In this document: piece by piece, positions 1-11,744 of the stretch
Position numbering within the stretch: the stretch's first letter is position 1
Layout: the number at the start of each line of letters is the position of its first letter
Source of the DNA: Methanobacteriaceae archaeon
Lineage (GTDB): Archaea; Methanobacteriota; Methanobacteria; Methanobacteriales; Methanobacteriaceae
Direction of reading: 5' to 3'
Assembly: GCA_003558085.1 (NCBI GenBank)
Contig: PWMT01000127.1
Location: forward strand, 1 to 64,000
DNA: 64,000 nt
The notes under the pieces: generated by a model
Told to the model about the DNA's origin: nothing
Database searches by the model: none
What the model saw: the letters and a program-made list of their open reading frames with translations, nothing else
Program-made: the position numbers and the translations under genes

Positions 1-444
1 AGTGGTTTGAAGCAATTTTTGATGAAAACTTAAACTTTTTAAATCATCTTGGATTCGATCTTTTGATTTATCTTCTGCGCGACGAAGTAATATTTTTTCT
101 GGAGAGGAATACACAACTATAATTATATCTGGTGAAATTATCTCCAGAGGCAGGGAAATAATATAACCTTGCGGAGATTGATCCAGTCCATGCAGATCTA
201 CTAATGCATGGTCCTGTTTATTTATTTTTATGGCAGCTTCTTTCCAGATAATATGTTGGGTATCAATATCCAAGGCAAACATCTCTTTTTGAGTATAGGC
301 CAGATTTTTATCCCGGGCAATTTCAAGCATCAAATCTCCATAATTCAAATGATTATATTCAATTTCCCGGGTAACTGCTTGACATAGAGATGTTTTTCCC
401 ACTCCTGAAACACCCACCACTGCGGCCATGTTCCAGGATACCAT
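1..444 (-). CDS. Archaeal adenylate kinase-like P-loop protein (3' end outside window)
   Basis: Not in ORF track. Manual translation MVSWNMAAVVGVSGVGKTSLC...NYGDLMLEIA...VDLH shows Walker A and AdkA-like motifs; GGTGA SD upstream; frame open to position 1. Confidence 0.8.
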   Translation of the reverse strand, partial: MVSWNMAAVVGVSGVGKTSLCQAVTREIEYNHLNYGDLMLEIARDKNLAYTQKEMFALDIDTQHIIWKEAAIKINKQDHALVDLHGLDQSPQGYIISLPLEIISPDIIIVVYSSPEKILLRRAEDKSKDRIQDDLKSLSFHQKLLQTT

Positions 445-457
445 TTATTCACCTATC

Positions 458-751
458 TTATTTATTAACCATCTCGGTAATGGCATCCGCCATCATATGG
501 CCGGCCACAGTAACTTTTGCTTTATCAATACCTTCCACTTTTTCGGACATGGTACGTGCATCCATAGCCATACGGGCAGCGCTCATACATCCTGGATTAG
601 TGGGTCGGATTACAATTTTAGCGATAGTTTGATCATTTTTTTCGATATCAATGCTTTCAACTAGACCCATTTCCACGATACTAATTCCCATATGAGGGTC
701 TGCTACCTTGGTTAACGATTCTTTAACTTTTTCAACTAATTCTTCTGACAT
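458..751 (-). CDS. DUF59/MIP18 (SufT/PaaD-like) metal-sulfur cluster assembly factor
   Basis: V-x-DPHMGISIVEMGLV and TNPGC motifs; GAGGT SD. Confidence 0.85.
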   Translation of the reverse strand: MSEELVEKVKESLTKVADPHMGISIVEMGLVESIDIEKNDQTIAKIVIRPTNPGCMSAARMAMDARTMSEKVEGIDKAKVTVAGHMMADAITEMVNK

Positions 752-901
752 AATTGATTACCTCGTGATTAGTATTTAATACAGTCAATAATATACTGTT
801 GTGGGTTAAATATAATAAAAAATTTAACTAAATTTAATTCTATTTTTTGTTTAAGAAGTGATTGATTAATGTCTATATAGGGATATTTAAAGTTTTGCAA
901 A

Positions 902-1831
902 TTATTTTTTAATACGATGTCTGATACGTACAGCCACTCCCTTAGAAGCCCTTACCATTTCTTCACCACTCAGTATTGATTTTCCAACACCTACTACTTC
1001 TCCATTTCTTCGAATAATTACTTCATCTCGGGGAACAATATTTTCATCTGCATGAATCACTCCAGGAGAAAAAAGAGTATTTGTTTTTAATTCGAAATCT
1101 ATTTCCACAATTTTAATATCTTTTCCTGCTAAAAGTTTCCCTCCAGCTAGACTAATAGCAAATAATCCAGTATCCATAAGGAGAGTGGCTAGCTGTTCAT
1201 TTTCATGAAAAATTCTTTTATTATAACGGCCTTTAATCTGAATATCTGAGGGTATGAGCACCTCACCGTCTTTACCAAACTGATACAATGCGATGGATCT
1301 TAAACCTTTAATCAATTTTTCTCTAGGAGATATTTTATCAAATTTTTTCACTTCTTGTTTTAGCTCATTCATAGATGAAGGAGAAAGAGGCTTACCATCT
1401 TTACAAGTATATATAGCTTCATCTAAATATTCTTCACAAACTTTACGGTAAGCTCCAGTTACATGAGCTATTACTTTTTTATCTGTTACATAGTCTTTTA
1501 ATAGTTCTCCCACCAGTCTCATTTCTTCATTAGACCAATCTCCAGTAGTGGTAACATCATAAGATTGTATAGGATAAGTATTCTCCATTTCCCTTGGGCA
1601 AATACCAAAAGGAGATGTTAGAATAACTTCTTGTATAGGTCGTGTGGCTTTTCTAAATATCTGGTGGGATTTTGAATGTGAATAAGGTTTTTTCATACTA
1701 CATGGAAGAATTACCAGTCCTTCACCTAATGGATTAAGTAATCTCATTCTTTTTCTCCACCTTAAAGCTTCAGGACGGTAGAGAGACTCTTCAGTAGAAC
1801 ATAATACTTTCATGTTTTTTCCTGCTATCAC
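902..1831 (-). CDS. arcS: Archaeosine synthase-like protein (DUF5591 + C-terminal PUA domain)
   Basis: LPCSMKKPYSHSKSH motif, TSPFGICPRE, C-terminal PUA domain. Confidence 0.75.
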   Translation of the reverse strand: MIAGKNMKVLCSTEESLYRPEALRWRKRMRLLNPLGEGLVILPCSMKKPYSHSKSHQIFRKATRPIQEVILTSPFGICPREMENTYPIQSYDVTTTGDWSNEEMRLVGELLKDYVTDKKVIAHVTGAYRKVCEEYLDEAIYTCKDGKPLSPSSMNELKQEVKKFDKISPREKLIKGLRSIALYQFGKDGEVLIPSDIQIKGRYNKRIFHENEQLATLLMDTGLFAISLAGGKLLAGKDIKIVEIDFELKTNTLFSPGVIHADENIVPRDEVIIRRNGEVVGVGKSILSGEEMVRASKGVAVRIRHRIKK

Positions 1832-2101
1832 ATTTATTTGAGATAAATATCTTTTAAGATAAAATTCATTATTGAATTAAAACTACTTTAATTTAATGAA
1901 TAGCTTAGCCTAATGGAAAAATATTTAACAAAATTAGATAGGAGAAAACTAAAAAAAAAAACATAATTTAAAGCATATCATATTCAACTATTAGATAGGC
2001 ATGTTTTCAGGGTTTAATATTTAATTAGGGGAATAATTGTAATTAATTTTAGCTGGGAACAATTATTTTGCACCTTAAACCCATTAATAAAAATAATAAT
2101 T

Positions 2102-2629
2102 TTAATAGGAATTACTTGCTTTAGGGGAAATTATTAATTCTGCATGTAATTTTTTTAATCTATCTATAGATGGATGTTTATTCCCTAAATGGGATTCCCA
2201 TTTTCTGATTACCTCATCAATATCTACTTCTTGAGAGCCATGTAGTAAGTTGTCGGCATGTGCTACTATCTTTTCTTCTAGAGTAAGTGGACGATAATCT
2301 TTTTCAGGTAGACCTAATTTAACTGCTTCTTCTGGGTTTATTCCTGCTCCAATATGCCTTTCAACGATATTAACTACTTCCCGGGGAAAACCCATCTCCT
2401 TTAAAATCCGGGCTCCAATTATGGCGTGATCTAATCCATCACTTTTGCATCGGCCAATATCATGTAATAATGCTCCAACCCTAATTAATTTTAAATCCAC
2501 CTCAAAATTTTTAGCCAGATTAAGTGCTTTATGAGCTACTTGTATACTGTGATCGATTATCCAGGGAGGACAATTTAAACTTTTTAAAAGAGAAATAGAC
2601 TGATCTTTAGTAGGATATTTATAATTCAT
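2102..2629 (-). CDS. HD-domain phosphohydrolase (TIGR00295-like)
   Basis: H...LLHDIGR...H...ERHIGAG...AHAD. Confidence 0.85.
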   Translation of the reverse strand: MNYKYPTKDQSISLLKSLNCPPWIIDHSIQVAHKALNLAKNFEVDLKLIRVGALLHDIGRCKSDGLDHAIIGARILKEMGFPREVVNIVERHIGAGINPEEAVKLGLPEKDYRPLTLEEKIVAHADNLLHGSQEVDIDEVIRKWESHLGNKHPSIDRLKKLHAELIISPKASNSY

Positions 2630-2694
2630 GCTTTTAGCTTTGTTAATAAAAAAAAAGAGTCTAAAATACTTATAACCTATAGGTTATATTAAGT

Positions 2695-3231
2695 TCAGGA
2701 GTTACTCTCAGCAGTTTGAAAATCAACTTCAAAACCATAACTTTCATAAATGTTGAGTTCTTCTTTAATTTGCCTTATTACTGGAGTATTATCCATGTAT
2801 TCCATTTCTCCATTACATTTGGGGCAAATAAATCCATTTTCAGATGCTTCTTCAAAACTACAGCGGTGGTCATTATTTTTACATGCAAAAAACATGTTAT
2901 TCTCTTCATAGTCTAAAATATTTTTGAGTTCGGCTATTATTTCCTCATGGCGACGGTTAATCATATGTTTAACCCTACTTGGTTCAAATTTCCAAGTATA
3001 GGTATACCATTGGGTTTCAGGGTCTTTACTTCGTTTATAACTGGCAAGTCCGGCATCATAAAGTTTATATAAAACTCTTCTTACAATATTTAATCTTATT
3101 TCAGTTGATTCTGCGATTTCTTCGTCAGTAACTTTTCCCTTAATTAAACATTCCACTATGGAAATAGAGGCCTCATCTTCCTCATCTATAACCTCATGAA
3201 TTAATTCCAAGGCTAAAGGGTCATTAATCAT
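2695..3231 (-). CDS. tfe: Transcription factor E (TFE alpha)
   Basis: Winged helix [31 protein letters not shown], zinc ribbon FICPKC. Confidence 0.95.
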   Translation of the reverse strand: MINDPLALELIHEVIDEEDEASISIVECLIKGKVTDEEIAESTEIRLNIVRRVLYKLYDAGLASYKRSKDPETQWYTYTWKFEPSRVKHMINRRHEEIIAELKNILDYEENNMFFACKNNDHRCSFEEASENGFICPKCNGEMEYMDNTPVIRQIKEELNIYESYGFEVDFQTAESNS

Positions 3232-3479
3232 TAAACTCCTCCACTAGTTAAAGGTATAGAAATCAGTAATTATTCTAAACCAGTTAATGAGTTATTATTA
3301 CACCATGAACATAATTAGCATACTATTAAAAACTTTTAAATAGAGAATTAGTTTAATTTATAATTATAATTCAAAAGTGCAATTATTTTAATTTTACAAG
3401 TATATTATATGTAATTTATACTATTTAAATATTTTTTAAATTAATTATAATTATAATAGTCTTAAGGATAAAAAGATTA

Positions 3480-4361
3480 CTAATAATTTTTTTTTATTAT
3501 TACTGCCGGGGTATGAACCCTTGAATTGAGCATATCTACTTCAATTTCTGTTATATTTTTATTAAAAGTTTTTTGCATTTGATAAATTGTTTCTGGATTT
3601 TTTTCTATAGATTTTTGATATTTTTCTGCAATTGCGGATAATTCAAGCGCATAATCTATTTCTAAAGGAAAAGAGGACCCTAAAGGTGTTGGAAATTTTT
3701 TTTTACTTATTCTTCCTAATAAATAAGCTAAAATACCTAAATCAGATTTTATACCATCCATAGCATAAGGTAGGGAGGTAAATCTAAATTTACCTAATTT
3801 ATAAGTAGCATCAGTATCAATGATCATTACAATAACCTTTTTATTACAACATGTTTTGATTTGTCGGGATATATCTAAGGCTATTTCTGGGGGATTTTCT
3901 GGTAAAAGAGAAACTAATGAACCAGGAACGTTACTAAGATCTATTCCTGCCTCTGAAGCAGGTTTTAAAGCATGCTTAATTCCATAATGCTGAAGAACAA
4001 CTTCTTTATGTGCTCTGGCCTCCGGGGGAAGTTTTCTTAAATTTTTAATAGTTCTAGGCTTTATTTTTAATATGGGGCCTAAAATATATCCCCAAATATA
4101 TTTAGACCATATTTCTGCCAGTAAAATAGCTGTTAAAGATGGTTTAAATTTAGATTCATCTATTAAACGTTTTTGAGAAATAGAAACTGGAGTTTCGGCT
4201 AAAATTAAATAATCACCATCATCTAAATAAGGACTTGAATTTTGGATAAGCATATCCAAACTATCCCCTGGTTTGATATAAGTAGTTTCCACTGGTATAA
4301 CTTGATAATCTTTGATGATTACAGGTTCTCTCTTGTTAAAAGATTTTTTTGAACTTTCCAT
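3480..4361 (-). CDS. CofE-like (F420-0:gamma-glutamyl ligase family) uncharacterised protein
   Basis: AGIDLSNVPG..LLPENP and VMIIDTD match the CofE fold, but divergent from canonical CofE. Confidence 0.65.
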   Translation of the reverse strand: MESSKKSFNKREPVIIKDYQVIPVETTYIKPGDSLDMLIQNSSPYLDDGDYLILAETPVSISQKRLIDESKFKPSLTAILLAEIWSKYIWGYILGPILKIKPRTIKNLRKLPPEARAHKEVVLQHYGIKHALKPASEAGIDLSNVPGSLVSLLPENPPEIALDISRQIKTCCNKKVIVMIIDTDATYKLGKFRFTSLPYAMDGIKSDLGILAYLLGRISKKKFPTPLGSSFPLEIDYALELSAIAEKYQKSIEKNPETIYQMQKTFNKNITEIEVDMLNSRVHTPAVIIKKNY

Positions 4362-4453
4362 TCCTACACCAGCTTTACTATAAATTTAAAATTAAATTTA
4401 AATAAAATTAGATAATAAACCATAAAAATAAATAAGTATAATAGTAGTAATAA

Positions 4454-5176
4454 TTATTTTTCTCTTTTTATAGGCGGTGCCCAAACTTTAAGATCTATGC
4501 CTTCAATTAAGGCTTTTTTTCCTTCCAGTTGAACCACTACTCCAGAGTGGACTTTCTGCATCATACAATGTTTAGGTAGAAACCGAACCGTTTCCCCTAC
4601 ATTAGGCAGCTGACCTTCTATTATTCCTTCAAAACCCCCCACCATACATAAACCTATTTCTTTGAATTGAAATTCTTCTGAATCATCTGATAAACGATGG
4701 CAAGGTCCTACCATATGAACCGTTATCAAACCATGTTCTTCATCTATTATTTTTCCAAAATGAGTTATAGGGCACCCTAGAGGACGATAGCGGATTATAT
4801 CCTCTTTTTTAAGTTTTTCTCGAGTAAAGGGGTATAAAATTTCACGACATGAACTTTCTTTAGGTAAGGGCTTTAAAATGAAATCTGCTTCATAGCCATC
4901 TAGCAAACCAATTACTGGTTTTTCTTCTAAGATTATATTCTCACTTTTTAGAACATTTCTCATTTGTTCTAAATTTTCTTTAAATAGTTCCTGATAGAGG
5001 AAACTACATTTATCTAATGTGGTATGTTTTTTTAAAAGTGCTCCTGCAAATTCTTCACAACGTGCGTAACCACATATGCCGCAATTATATCCTGGAAGTA
5101 AATTCTCTAGTTCTTCCTTAGATGTGTTAGATTTAGTTTTCTTGGTCATCCATGAATCCTCATTGGAGAAAATCAA
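4454..5176 (-). CDS. Fe-S binding protein (N-terminal putative 4Fe-4S domain)
   Basis: [14 protein letters not shown]...C motif; further Cys/His motifs [20 protein letters not shown]. Confidence 0.8.
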   Translation of the reverse strand: MIFSNEDSWMTKKTKSNTSKEELENLLPGYNCGICGYARCEEFAGALLKKHTTLDKCSFLYQELFKENLEQMRNVLKSENIILEEKPVIGLLDGYEADFILKPLPKESSCREILYPFTREKLKKEDIIRYRPLGCPITHFGKIIDEEHGLITVHMVGPCHRLSDDSEEFQFKEIGLCMVGGFEGIIEGQLPNVGETVRFLPKHCMMQKVHSGVVVQLEGKKALIEGIDLKVWAPPIKREK

Positions 5177-5195
5177 AATTTAAAAAAGGACTACT

Positions 5196-5894
5196 TTATT
5201 CGCCCTCATAACTTTCAAAACCATCAATTCTTCTTAATATTCCTCGGTGATGTTTTTTATTCACTTTAGTTTCACCTACACATAAGGTGCAAACTGCTAG
5301 TGGGGCAGAATGACGAAGTTTTTCTTCTTCAGACACTTCTTTAGTATTTATCATTTCTTCTGCTAGTTCTACACAACCTTGTCCGCTGAGACCATTGGCT
5401 TCAATAATTTTAGCTTTAGGATTTACTTCTAGTATTTTTTCTCGAAATATTTCTCTTTCTGCCTGGGAAATCATATCCCCTTTAGTAATCACTGCAATGT
5501 CAGCGGTGGAGAGAAAAGGGCCGACTTTAAGTGGAGTGTTAGGTCCGCTGGTGGCATCTATAACACATACTCCCAAGCTATTTTTGGTATAAGGAGCGCA
5601 GCGGTGACATAACCCAGCAGTTTCCACGATTAAATAATCTGAATCATTTTCTTGAGCCCAGCTAAGCATATCTTCCACATTATATATAGCGTAATGATCA
5701 GGGCACATATCCATAGAAAGCCCTATTTTAACTGGTACCCCTATTTTAGCAAATTTCTGATCATCGTCTGTATATAAACAATCTATTTTAACCACTGATG
5801 ATTTCAGATTTTTGGTTTTTAAACTTTTGAGGGCATGTATAAGCACTGCTGTTTTTCCTGAGCCAGGAGTTCCAGCAACGATTATCATTTTCAT
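5196..5894 (-). CDS. G3E-family (HypB/UreG/CobW-like) GTPase
   Basis: [29 protein letters not shown]. Confidence 0.8.
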   Translation of the reverse strand: MKMIIVAGTPGSGKTAVLIHALKSLKTKNLKSSVVKIDCLYTDDDQKFAKIGVPVKIGLSMDMCPDHYAIYNVEDMLSWAQENDSDYLIVETAGLCHRCAPYTKNSLGVCVIDATSGPNTPLKVGPFLSTADIAVITKGDMISQAEREIFREKILEVNPKAKIIEANGLSGQGCVELAEEMINTKEVSEEEKLRHSAPLAVCTLCVGETKVNKKHHRGILRRIDGFESYEGE

Positions 5895-6012
5895 AGTTTC
5901 ACTTCTCCCATTACTTGGAAATTAGATAATAATAATTACTATTAATATAGTTTGCTTAAATGATAAAGTTAAGTAAAGAAAAAATAAACTAGAAAATATA
6001 ATATTTAAATAT

Positions 6013-6783
6013 TTATATATCATCAACACTGATATCGTTAACTAATTCGCCTCTGCGAACTTTTTCCCGTAAGTTTAACATTAATTCATCTATTTTATTC
6101 AGTTTTTGGGATATGGTTTTTTCATGAAGGCTAGTTGTAACCACCTTATCCATACCCCCATTTTTCATCACTATGCGCTTGTCAGTCATCAAAGCCAGTA
6201 CCGGATCGTGGGTTACAACCATAACAATTTTACCATGACCGGAAAGTACCTGTAATGCATCGTGCTTTCTAATCCCTGCATTTTCAATCTCATCTATAAG
6301 CACTATGGGTGAATCACTAATGATAGCTACATCTGCCACCATTAAAGCTCTAGATTGTCCTCCTGATAATATAGTAAGTTCATGTTCTTTTTTTATAGGT
6401 TCACCAGTCAGACTATTGGCTAATTCGATGACTTTATCCACACAAGTATCCTTAACTCCTCTACATTTGGCATGAAGGGTTAAAAATTCTCCTACGCCCA
6501 TATCTGCTAAAAAATTCATGTTTTGTGATAACTGGGCTACCATTTTTTTGCGGGGATTGGTTCTATCATCATAGCTTGGTTCCTTTCCATTAACCAATAT
6601 TTTTCTTTTAGAAAAAGTATCTTCTTGAGCCAACTGTTCAATATCACCAATTAATGAACTTTTACCACTACCTGTGGGTCCTACCACTCCAAATATTTCT
6701 TCTCTATGAATAACTACTTCTTCTACAGCTTCTTTATTTCCCTTTTTATCATAACCGCCGAGAATAGTAATATTTTCTATCAT
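6013..6783 (-). CDS. Stand-alone ABC-type ATPase
   Basis: [21 protein letters not shown]; no permease nearby; start overlaps the comA stop. Confidence 0.85.
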   Translation of the reverse strand: MIENITILGGYDKKGNKEAVEEVVIHREEIFGVVGPTGSGKSSLIGDIEQLAQEDTFSKRKILVNGKEPSYDDRTNPRKKMVAQLSQNMNFLADMGVGEFLTLHAKCRGVKDTCVDKVIELANSLTGEPIKKEHELTILSGGQSRALMVADVAIISDSPIVLIDEIENAGIRKHDALQVLSGHGKIVMVVTHDPVLALMTDKRIVMKNGGMDKVVTTSLHEKTISQKLNKIDELMLNLREKVRRGELVNDISVDDI

Positions 6784-7559
6784 TAAAGTTTCACCTTTCC
6801 TAAAGTATCTCCTCGAAGCCCTAATCTAAGGGTCTCCAGAGCAGTGATTTCTTCTGGAGCGATATTACCTAGATTCACATTTGGCCCAATTTTTAGCACA
6901 AAATAAACTTGCTGACTTTTTTGGGGAGCTTCCCAGATTAATTTATTTACATCAACTTTTTCCATTAAATAATTAGCTTCATCCCCTTTTACAGCACCCT
7001 TTTCATCATAAATTCCTATATTCTTACCACTTTCCCGGGCTTCTATCAGTACCTTATCTGCTCCTGCATCTAAATCCATTTTTATTAACCGTATTCTATC
7101 TTCAAGTGATATTTTAAAATCTTCAGACGGATCTTTTTTCCCCACTTCTGATATTACTTTAAAACCTCTCTCTTTTGTTTCTAAGATGATTTTAGACTTT
7201 TCATTTGGATTAATTTTGGTGGAACCATCTGAAATCTCTAAGGTATTAAAGCCAAGTTTTTCTGCTTCTGCTAAATATTCATGGAACATATTCTTAAGAT
7301 AGGCAATTTCAAATAGAGTTCCTCCAGGATAAGGATCTACCTCATAACTCTGATACATTTCAATTTTTTCTTTGATCAATTCTTGATTATGGATGGCTAT
7401 GGTTCCCCACCCAAATTTCATGAAATCTACATATTTTCCAGAAATTTCCATCAGGTCTTCGGCGCTCTTTAATCCCATACCTTTATCTAAAACCATGGTG
7501 ATTCCTTTTTCTCTAGGCTTTTTAATCCTTGGGGGTGCTAGAAAACTAAAAGCATTCAT
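6783..7559 (-). CDS. comA: Phosphosulfolactate synthase (coenzyme M biosynthesis)
   Basis: [43 protein letters not shown]. Confidence 0.95.
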   Translation of the reverse strand: MNAFSFLAPPRIKKPREKGITMVLDKGMGLKSAEDLMEISGKYVDFMKFGWGTIAIHNQELIKEKIEMYQSYEVDPYPGGTLFEIAYLKNMFHEYLAEAEKLGFNTLEISDGSTKINPNEKSKIILETKERGFKVISEVGKKDPSEDFKISLEDRIRLIKMDLDAGADKVLIEARESGKNIGIYDEKGAVKGDEANYLMEKVDVNKLIWEAPQKSQQVYFVLKIGPNVNLGNIAPEEITALETLRLGLRGDTLGKVKL

Positions 7560-7881
7560 TTTTGTTCACCATTGAAAATAAAATAAGATTTCAACTTATC
7601 ATGAATCATTAATTAAATTTGCATTACTATATGCATTACTAACCTAAATAATATTAATGATATTATTATTCATTATTTAATTTTTTTAGCATGGGGGTTC
7701 TCATGATCAGATTATGCTTTAATAAATCCTAAAAATATGGTTTAATATATTTACTAAATTTTATAAGTTCTAAGTATGTATTTAATTAATTAAGAGATAT
7801 TTTTATTAAGTTCTTATTATCAATAAGACGTTTTGATTAAATATTATAACTAATTTACCTAAAAATAAGGTTGGTGATAAG

Positions 7882-8445
7882 ATGGAAAAAACGATCTATT
7901 ATTTCGAAAAACCTGGTGAACATAACAGCGATAAATTAATTGAATTAGTTAAAGCTAGGAAAGAAGATTTGGACATAAAAAATATTATTGTTGCTTCAGT
8001 TTCAGGAAGAACTACTTTAAAGGTAGCAGAAAGCATAGAGGATTCCTCTATAGTGAGCATCACTCATCATGCTGGATTCCGTGAAAAGGGAAAATTAGAA
8101 TTAGACCCTGAATTACAGGAAAAAATAATTAAATTGGGTATACCTATTTATACCAGCTCTCATGCTTTGAGTGGTGTAGGAAGGGGAATATCTAATAAGT
8201 TTGGAGGAGTTACACCGGTGGAAATAATGGCTGAAACCTTGAGGATGATATCTCAAGGGGTTAAAGTATGTGTGGAGATTACCATCATGGCTGCAGATGC
8301 CGGCCTCATACCTATGGATCAAGAGGTAATAGCTATTGGTGGAACTGCCTGGGGAGCAGATACTGGTGTGATACTTACCCCAGCGCACATGAAAAACATC
8401 TTCGAGATGAGGATACATGAAATAATTGCCATGCCCAGACCGTAA
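7882..8445 (+). CDS. Pyruvate kinase C-terminal-like domain protein (conserved archaeal, function unknown)
   Basis: [42 protein letters not shown]. Confidence 0.8.
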   Translation: MEKTIYYFEKPGEHNSDKLIELVKARKEDLDIKNIIVASVSGRTTLKVAESIEDSSIVSITHHAGFREKGKLELDPELQEKIIKLGIPIYTSSHALSGVGRGISNKFGGVTPVEIMAETLRMISQGVKVCVEITIMAADAGLIPMDQEVIAIGGTAWGADTGVILTPAHMKNIFEMRIHEIIAMPRP

Positions 8446-8648
8446 ACCAATAAAATTTTTATCTATTAATTTTTGGTTCAAATGCACCTTTTCAAAATTC
8501 TATAACTTAGAGGTGACATTCAAAATTTGATTATAACCTCAAGGATTAGAAATGATGTCGAGCCAAGCAAATTATTTCCAATTAACCGTTGCTTTTAAAT
8601 ATTAGTTAGTGCCATAACACATTCCATAGAATGATGTGGGGGTAGTAA

Positions 8649-9785
8649 GTGAAATTCATAAACGATGCCATAAAGGAATCTGAAAGAAAAATAGATAGGC
8701 AACATCCCAAGCAGGTGAACACTGAAATTGACGAAGACCTAAGAGGGATTATTGAACAAAGTAGGGCTAAAATATGTGTAGTTGGAAGTGGAGGAGCAGG
8801 TAACAACACCATATCCCGTCTAACTGAGATAGGAATTGAAGGTGCTGAAACTCTCGCCATAAATACAGATGCCCAGGACTTGTTCTATAGCGAATCATCC
8901 CAGAAGCTTCTTATTGGAAGACAGACTTGTGGGGGTTTAGGTGCCGGTGGTGTTCCTGATGTGGGAGAAGATTGTGCCGAAGAAAGTGAAGACGATATTC
9001 GGAATATGTTAGATGGTGCGGATATGGTCTTTGTAACCTGTGGTTTAGGAGGCGGTACAGGTACTGGCTCAGCACCAGTAATATCTAAACTGGCTAAAAA
9101 AGCTGGAGCATTAACTATAGCTGTAGCTACAATGCCTTTTAGCGCTGAAGGACTAAGAAGAAGAGAAAATGCTGAAAAAGGTTTAGAAAAACTTCAAAGT
9201 GCTGCAGATACAGTAATTGTTATACCTAATGACAAATTGTTAGAGGTGGCTCCTAATTTACCTCTTAATAAGTCATTTATGGTGGCAGATGAACTATTAG
9301 GACGCGCAGTTAAAGGTATAACTGAACTTATAACCCGCCCAGGCCTGGTTAGTTTAGACTTCGCTGATATAAGAAGCATTATGAAAGGCTCAGGCATGGC
9401 CATGATCGGTATGGGTGAATCTGAATCTGGGGACAGAGCTTTAGAATCTGTTCATGAGGCATTAAATAGTCCACTTCTTGATTTGGATATTTCTAATGCT
9501 CAAGGGGCTTTGATTAATATTTCAGGAAGTTCTGATCTGACTTTACAGGAATCAGAGAAAATTGTGCAGATAGTAGCTGATGAATTAGATCCAGATGCTA
9601 ATATAATATGGGGCGCTCAAATCCAAGAAGATCTACAAAATGTAATCCGGACTACCATAGTAGTAGCTGGTGTTAAATCTCCCCATATTTTTGGTAGCCC
9701 AGCAGAAAGAGAATTCGCTGAAGAGAGAAAAAGAGAACCTGTAAGTGAATCTGCATTAGAAGAATTCATAGACGGTGTTTTCTAA
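8649..9785 (+). CDS. ftsZ: Cell division protein FtsZ
   Basis: [15 protein letters not shown] tubulin signature, LDFAD. Confidence 0.98.
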   Translation: MKFINDAIKESERKIDRQHPKQVNTEIDEDLRGIIEQSRAKICVVGSGGAGNNTISRLTEIGIEGAETLAINTDAQDLFYSESSQKLLIGRQTCGGLGAGGVPDVGEDCAEESEDDIRNMLDGADMVFVTCGLGGGTGTGSAPVISKLAKKAGALTIAVATMPFSAEGLRRRENAEKGLEKLQSAADTVIVIPNDKLLEVAPNLPLNKSFMVADELLGRAVKGITELITRPGLVSLDFADIRSIMKGSGMAMIGMGESESGDRALESVHEALNSPLLDLDISNAQGALINISGSSDLTLQESEKIVQIVADELDPDANIIWGAQIQEDLQNVIRTTIVVAGVKSPHIFGSPAEREFAEERKREPVSESALEEFIDGVF

Positions 9786-9976
9786 TAAATAAATTTATAC
9801 TACAGGATCAATTATACTCTATTTAACGTCATCTTCAAATAGGCTATGAATCTAATTAATTAGTTATTACCATCTTTTTTTACGTTCCTTTGCTTAAAAT
9901 ATCGCCTGCGAACTTTTTTTTATAATTATGGTAAAGCATAAAAAGATATAAATACTATTGATATTGAGTCTACACA

Positions 9977-11392
9977 ATGCTGAAATCACAAGTAATCAGA
10001 TGTAAAATTTCCCAGGGCTTTGCTCAATTAGCTAAATATTTAGTTAAACTTGGTAAAGGGATGGGTACTAGTTTTCCAGGATATTTATATTTAAAGCTAG
10101 GAGATTATCATTGCTTGAGAAAATTGGCCCAGGAAACTACCATCGGAAACATAATCTTTACCGGGACAAATGGGAAAACAACCACCACTAAAATGGCATG
10201 TATGTTATTATCAAAGGATACTCTTACTTCATGTACTTTTGATAGTAATACTTTAAATGCGATTGCAACTGGACTTTTATCTCCTAGTGAACTGGGTTTA
10301 TTTGAATATGGAATTAGAGATACCAGAAACTCATTCCCAGATCTGGTTTGTGAACTTATAGATCCTATTGGTGTAGTGTATACTACTATTTCCAGGGAAC
10401 ATACCCTGGTGGCAGGTAGGAAAAATCCTTTTGAAAAATATTTCAAGGCAAAGGAACTTTTATCTGCTCCCATGAAAAGAGGAATAGTGGTTTGTAATGC
10501 TGATGATCCAAGAACAGCATATATAGGTAGAAAAAAAGAATCCGATACCTTAGTAACCTATTATGGATTAGAAGCGGATTTTTTAGACAAAGATCCTTTA
10601 ACTGCAAATATTTCTTGCCCCCATTGTAACATTGATTTGAATTATCAGAAAAGGTACTTCAATCACCGAGGATTATATAACTGCAAATGCGGTTTCTCTA
10701 GGCCAAAACCACAGGTTAAAATAAGTAGTATAACTCAAAAGCATCAAAAATGGGAAATAGAAATTAAAGGCAAAACTTATAATTATCCCTCCCAAAAAAA
10801 TGTATCCCTAAACCTTGTAGTGGAAATCCCAATTTTAGGGCTGCATAATCTTTATAATTTACTTTGTGCTGTTGCAACTTATCTATCTTTTACCCCTAAT
10901 CCGGCAAAAATCAAAGAAACAATTTTGGAAACTTGCTCCCAACTAGATAATTTTGAACTGCCTCCTGGAAGATTTGAGATTTTCCAATTTAAAGATAAAA
11001 TGATTGGAATGGGCCAGGGAGATAATGGAGATGCATTAAAAGCAAATATTCAACTTTTTTCAGGAAAAGAAGAGGTTTTAGTCTATCTGACTCCAGATGA
11101 GGGTGAAGATCTCATATTCCAGGATCATCTAAATGTAATCAACTCATCCACTTTCAAAAAAATACATGTATTTCCAGGCAGAGAATCAGTTTCAGCAGCT
11201 GAAAAATATTACAATACCCTAAAAGAATCCTTCGAAGCTGAATTTCATCCCATATCTAATAGAAATATAAAGCAAAAAATCAATGAAATTATTGATATAA
11301 CAACCCAATCCCCATCCCAATTTTTAGTTGTTTCTGGCTGCGGACCTGAACATTTACTGTGGGATAAATTAAAATCACGTTTTAAGTCATAG
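9977..11392 (+). CDS. Mur ligase family protein, MurT-like, with Cys4 zinc finger
   Basis: GMGTSFPG, TGTNGKTTT, NADDP, CPHC...CKC, GLHNLYN, PGRFE. Confidence 0.8.
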   Translation: MLKSQVIRCKISQGFAQLAKYLVKLGKGMGTSFPGYLYLKLGDYHCLRKLAQETTIGNIIFTGTNGKTTTTKMACMLLSKDTLTSCTFDSNTLNAIATGLLSPSELGLFEYGIRDTRNSFPDLVCELIDPIGVVYTTISREHTLVAGRKNPFEKYFKAKELLSAPMKRGIVVCNADDPRTAYIGRKKESDTLVTYYGLEADFLDKDPLTANISCPHCNIDLNYQKRYFNHRGLYNCKCGFSRPKPQVKISSITQKHQKWEIEIKGKTYNYPSQKNVSLNLVVEIPILGLHNLYNLLCAVATYLSFTPNPAKIKETILETCSQLDNFELPPGRFEIFQFKDKMIGMGQGDNGDALKANIQLFSGKEEVLVYLTPDEGEDLIFQDHLNVINSSTFKKIHVFPGRESVSAAEKYYNTLKESFEAEFHPISNRNIKQKINEIIDITTQSPSQFLVVSGCGPEHLLWDKLKSRFKS

Positions 11393-11645
11393 GAGATAAT
11401 TTAAGGAAAATTTAAAAAAACTGGTTTTACTAACTTTATTTGATTATTTGTATTGCACAGGGGAGTGGTTTATAAAACTAAAAGTTGCACAACTTTGCCT
11501 TAGGAATTATTATTTTTCCGGGGTTAAACTTTTCTATGATATTTTAAATTAAGTAAGGTTGATGTATTCATGCTACAAATATCAGGGAAAAGATTTGGAT
11601 AATTTATAGTTATAAATCAATACTGCAACTTCTTTCCCTTTTTTA

Positions 11646-11664
11646 AAGGAAAGCTTTATAAATA
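11646..11664 (+). promoter_or_regulatory. BRE/TATA promoter upstream of secE
   Basis: AAGGAAAGC followed by TTTATAAA (11655-11662), about 80 nt before the secE ATG. Confidence 0.5.
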
Positions 11665-11744
11665 TGTAAAATAACTAGTATACCATCTGTTTAAAATTAA
11701 ATTATTACATTCCTTATTTTTATTATTTATTAGGTAGGGATTTT

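Noticed and set aside
8540-8648. ATGATG boxes upstream of ftsZ as a C/D box sRNA
   Set aside because: Imperfect C box and no matching CTGA D box
11393-11640. Relatively GC-rich spacer after the Mur ligase as a possible gatD remnant or ncRNA
   Set aside because: Only short frames with no recognisable similarity, and no convincing structure
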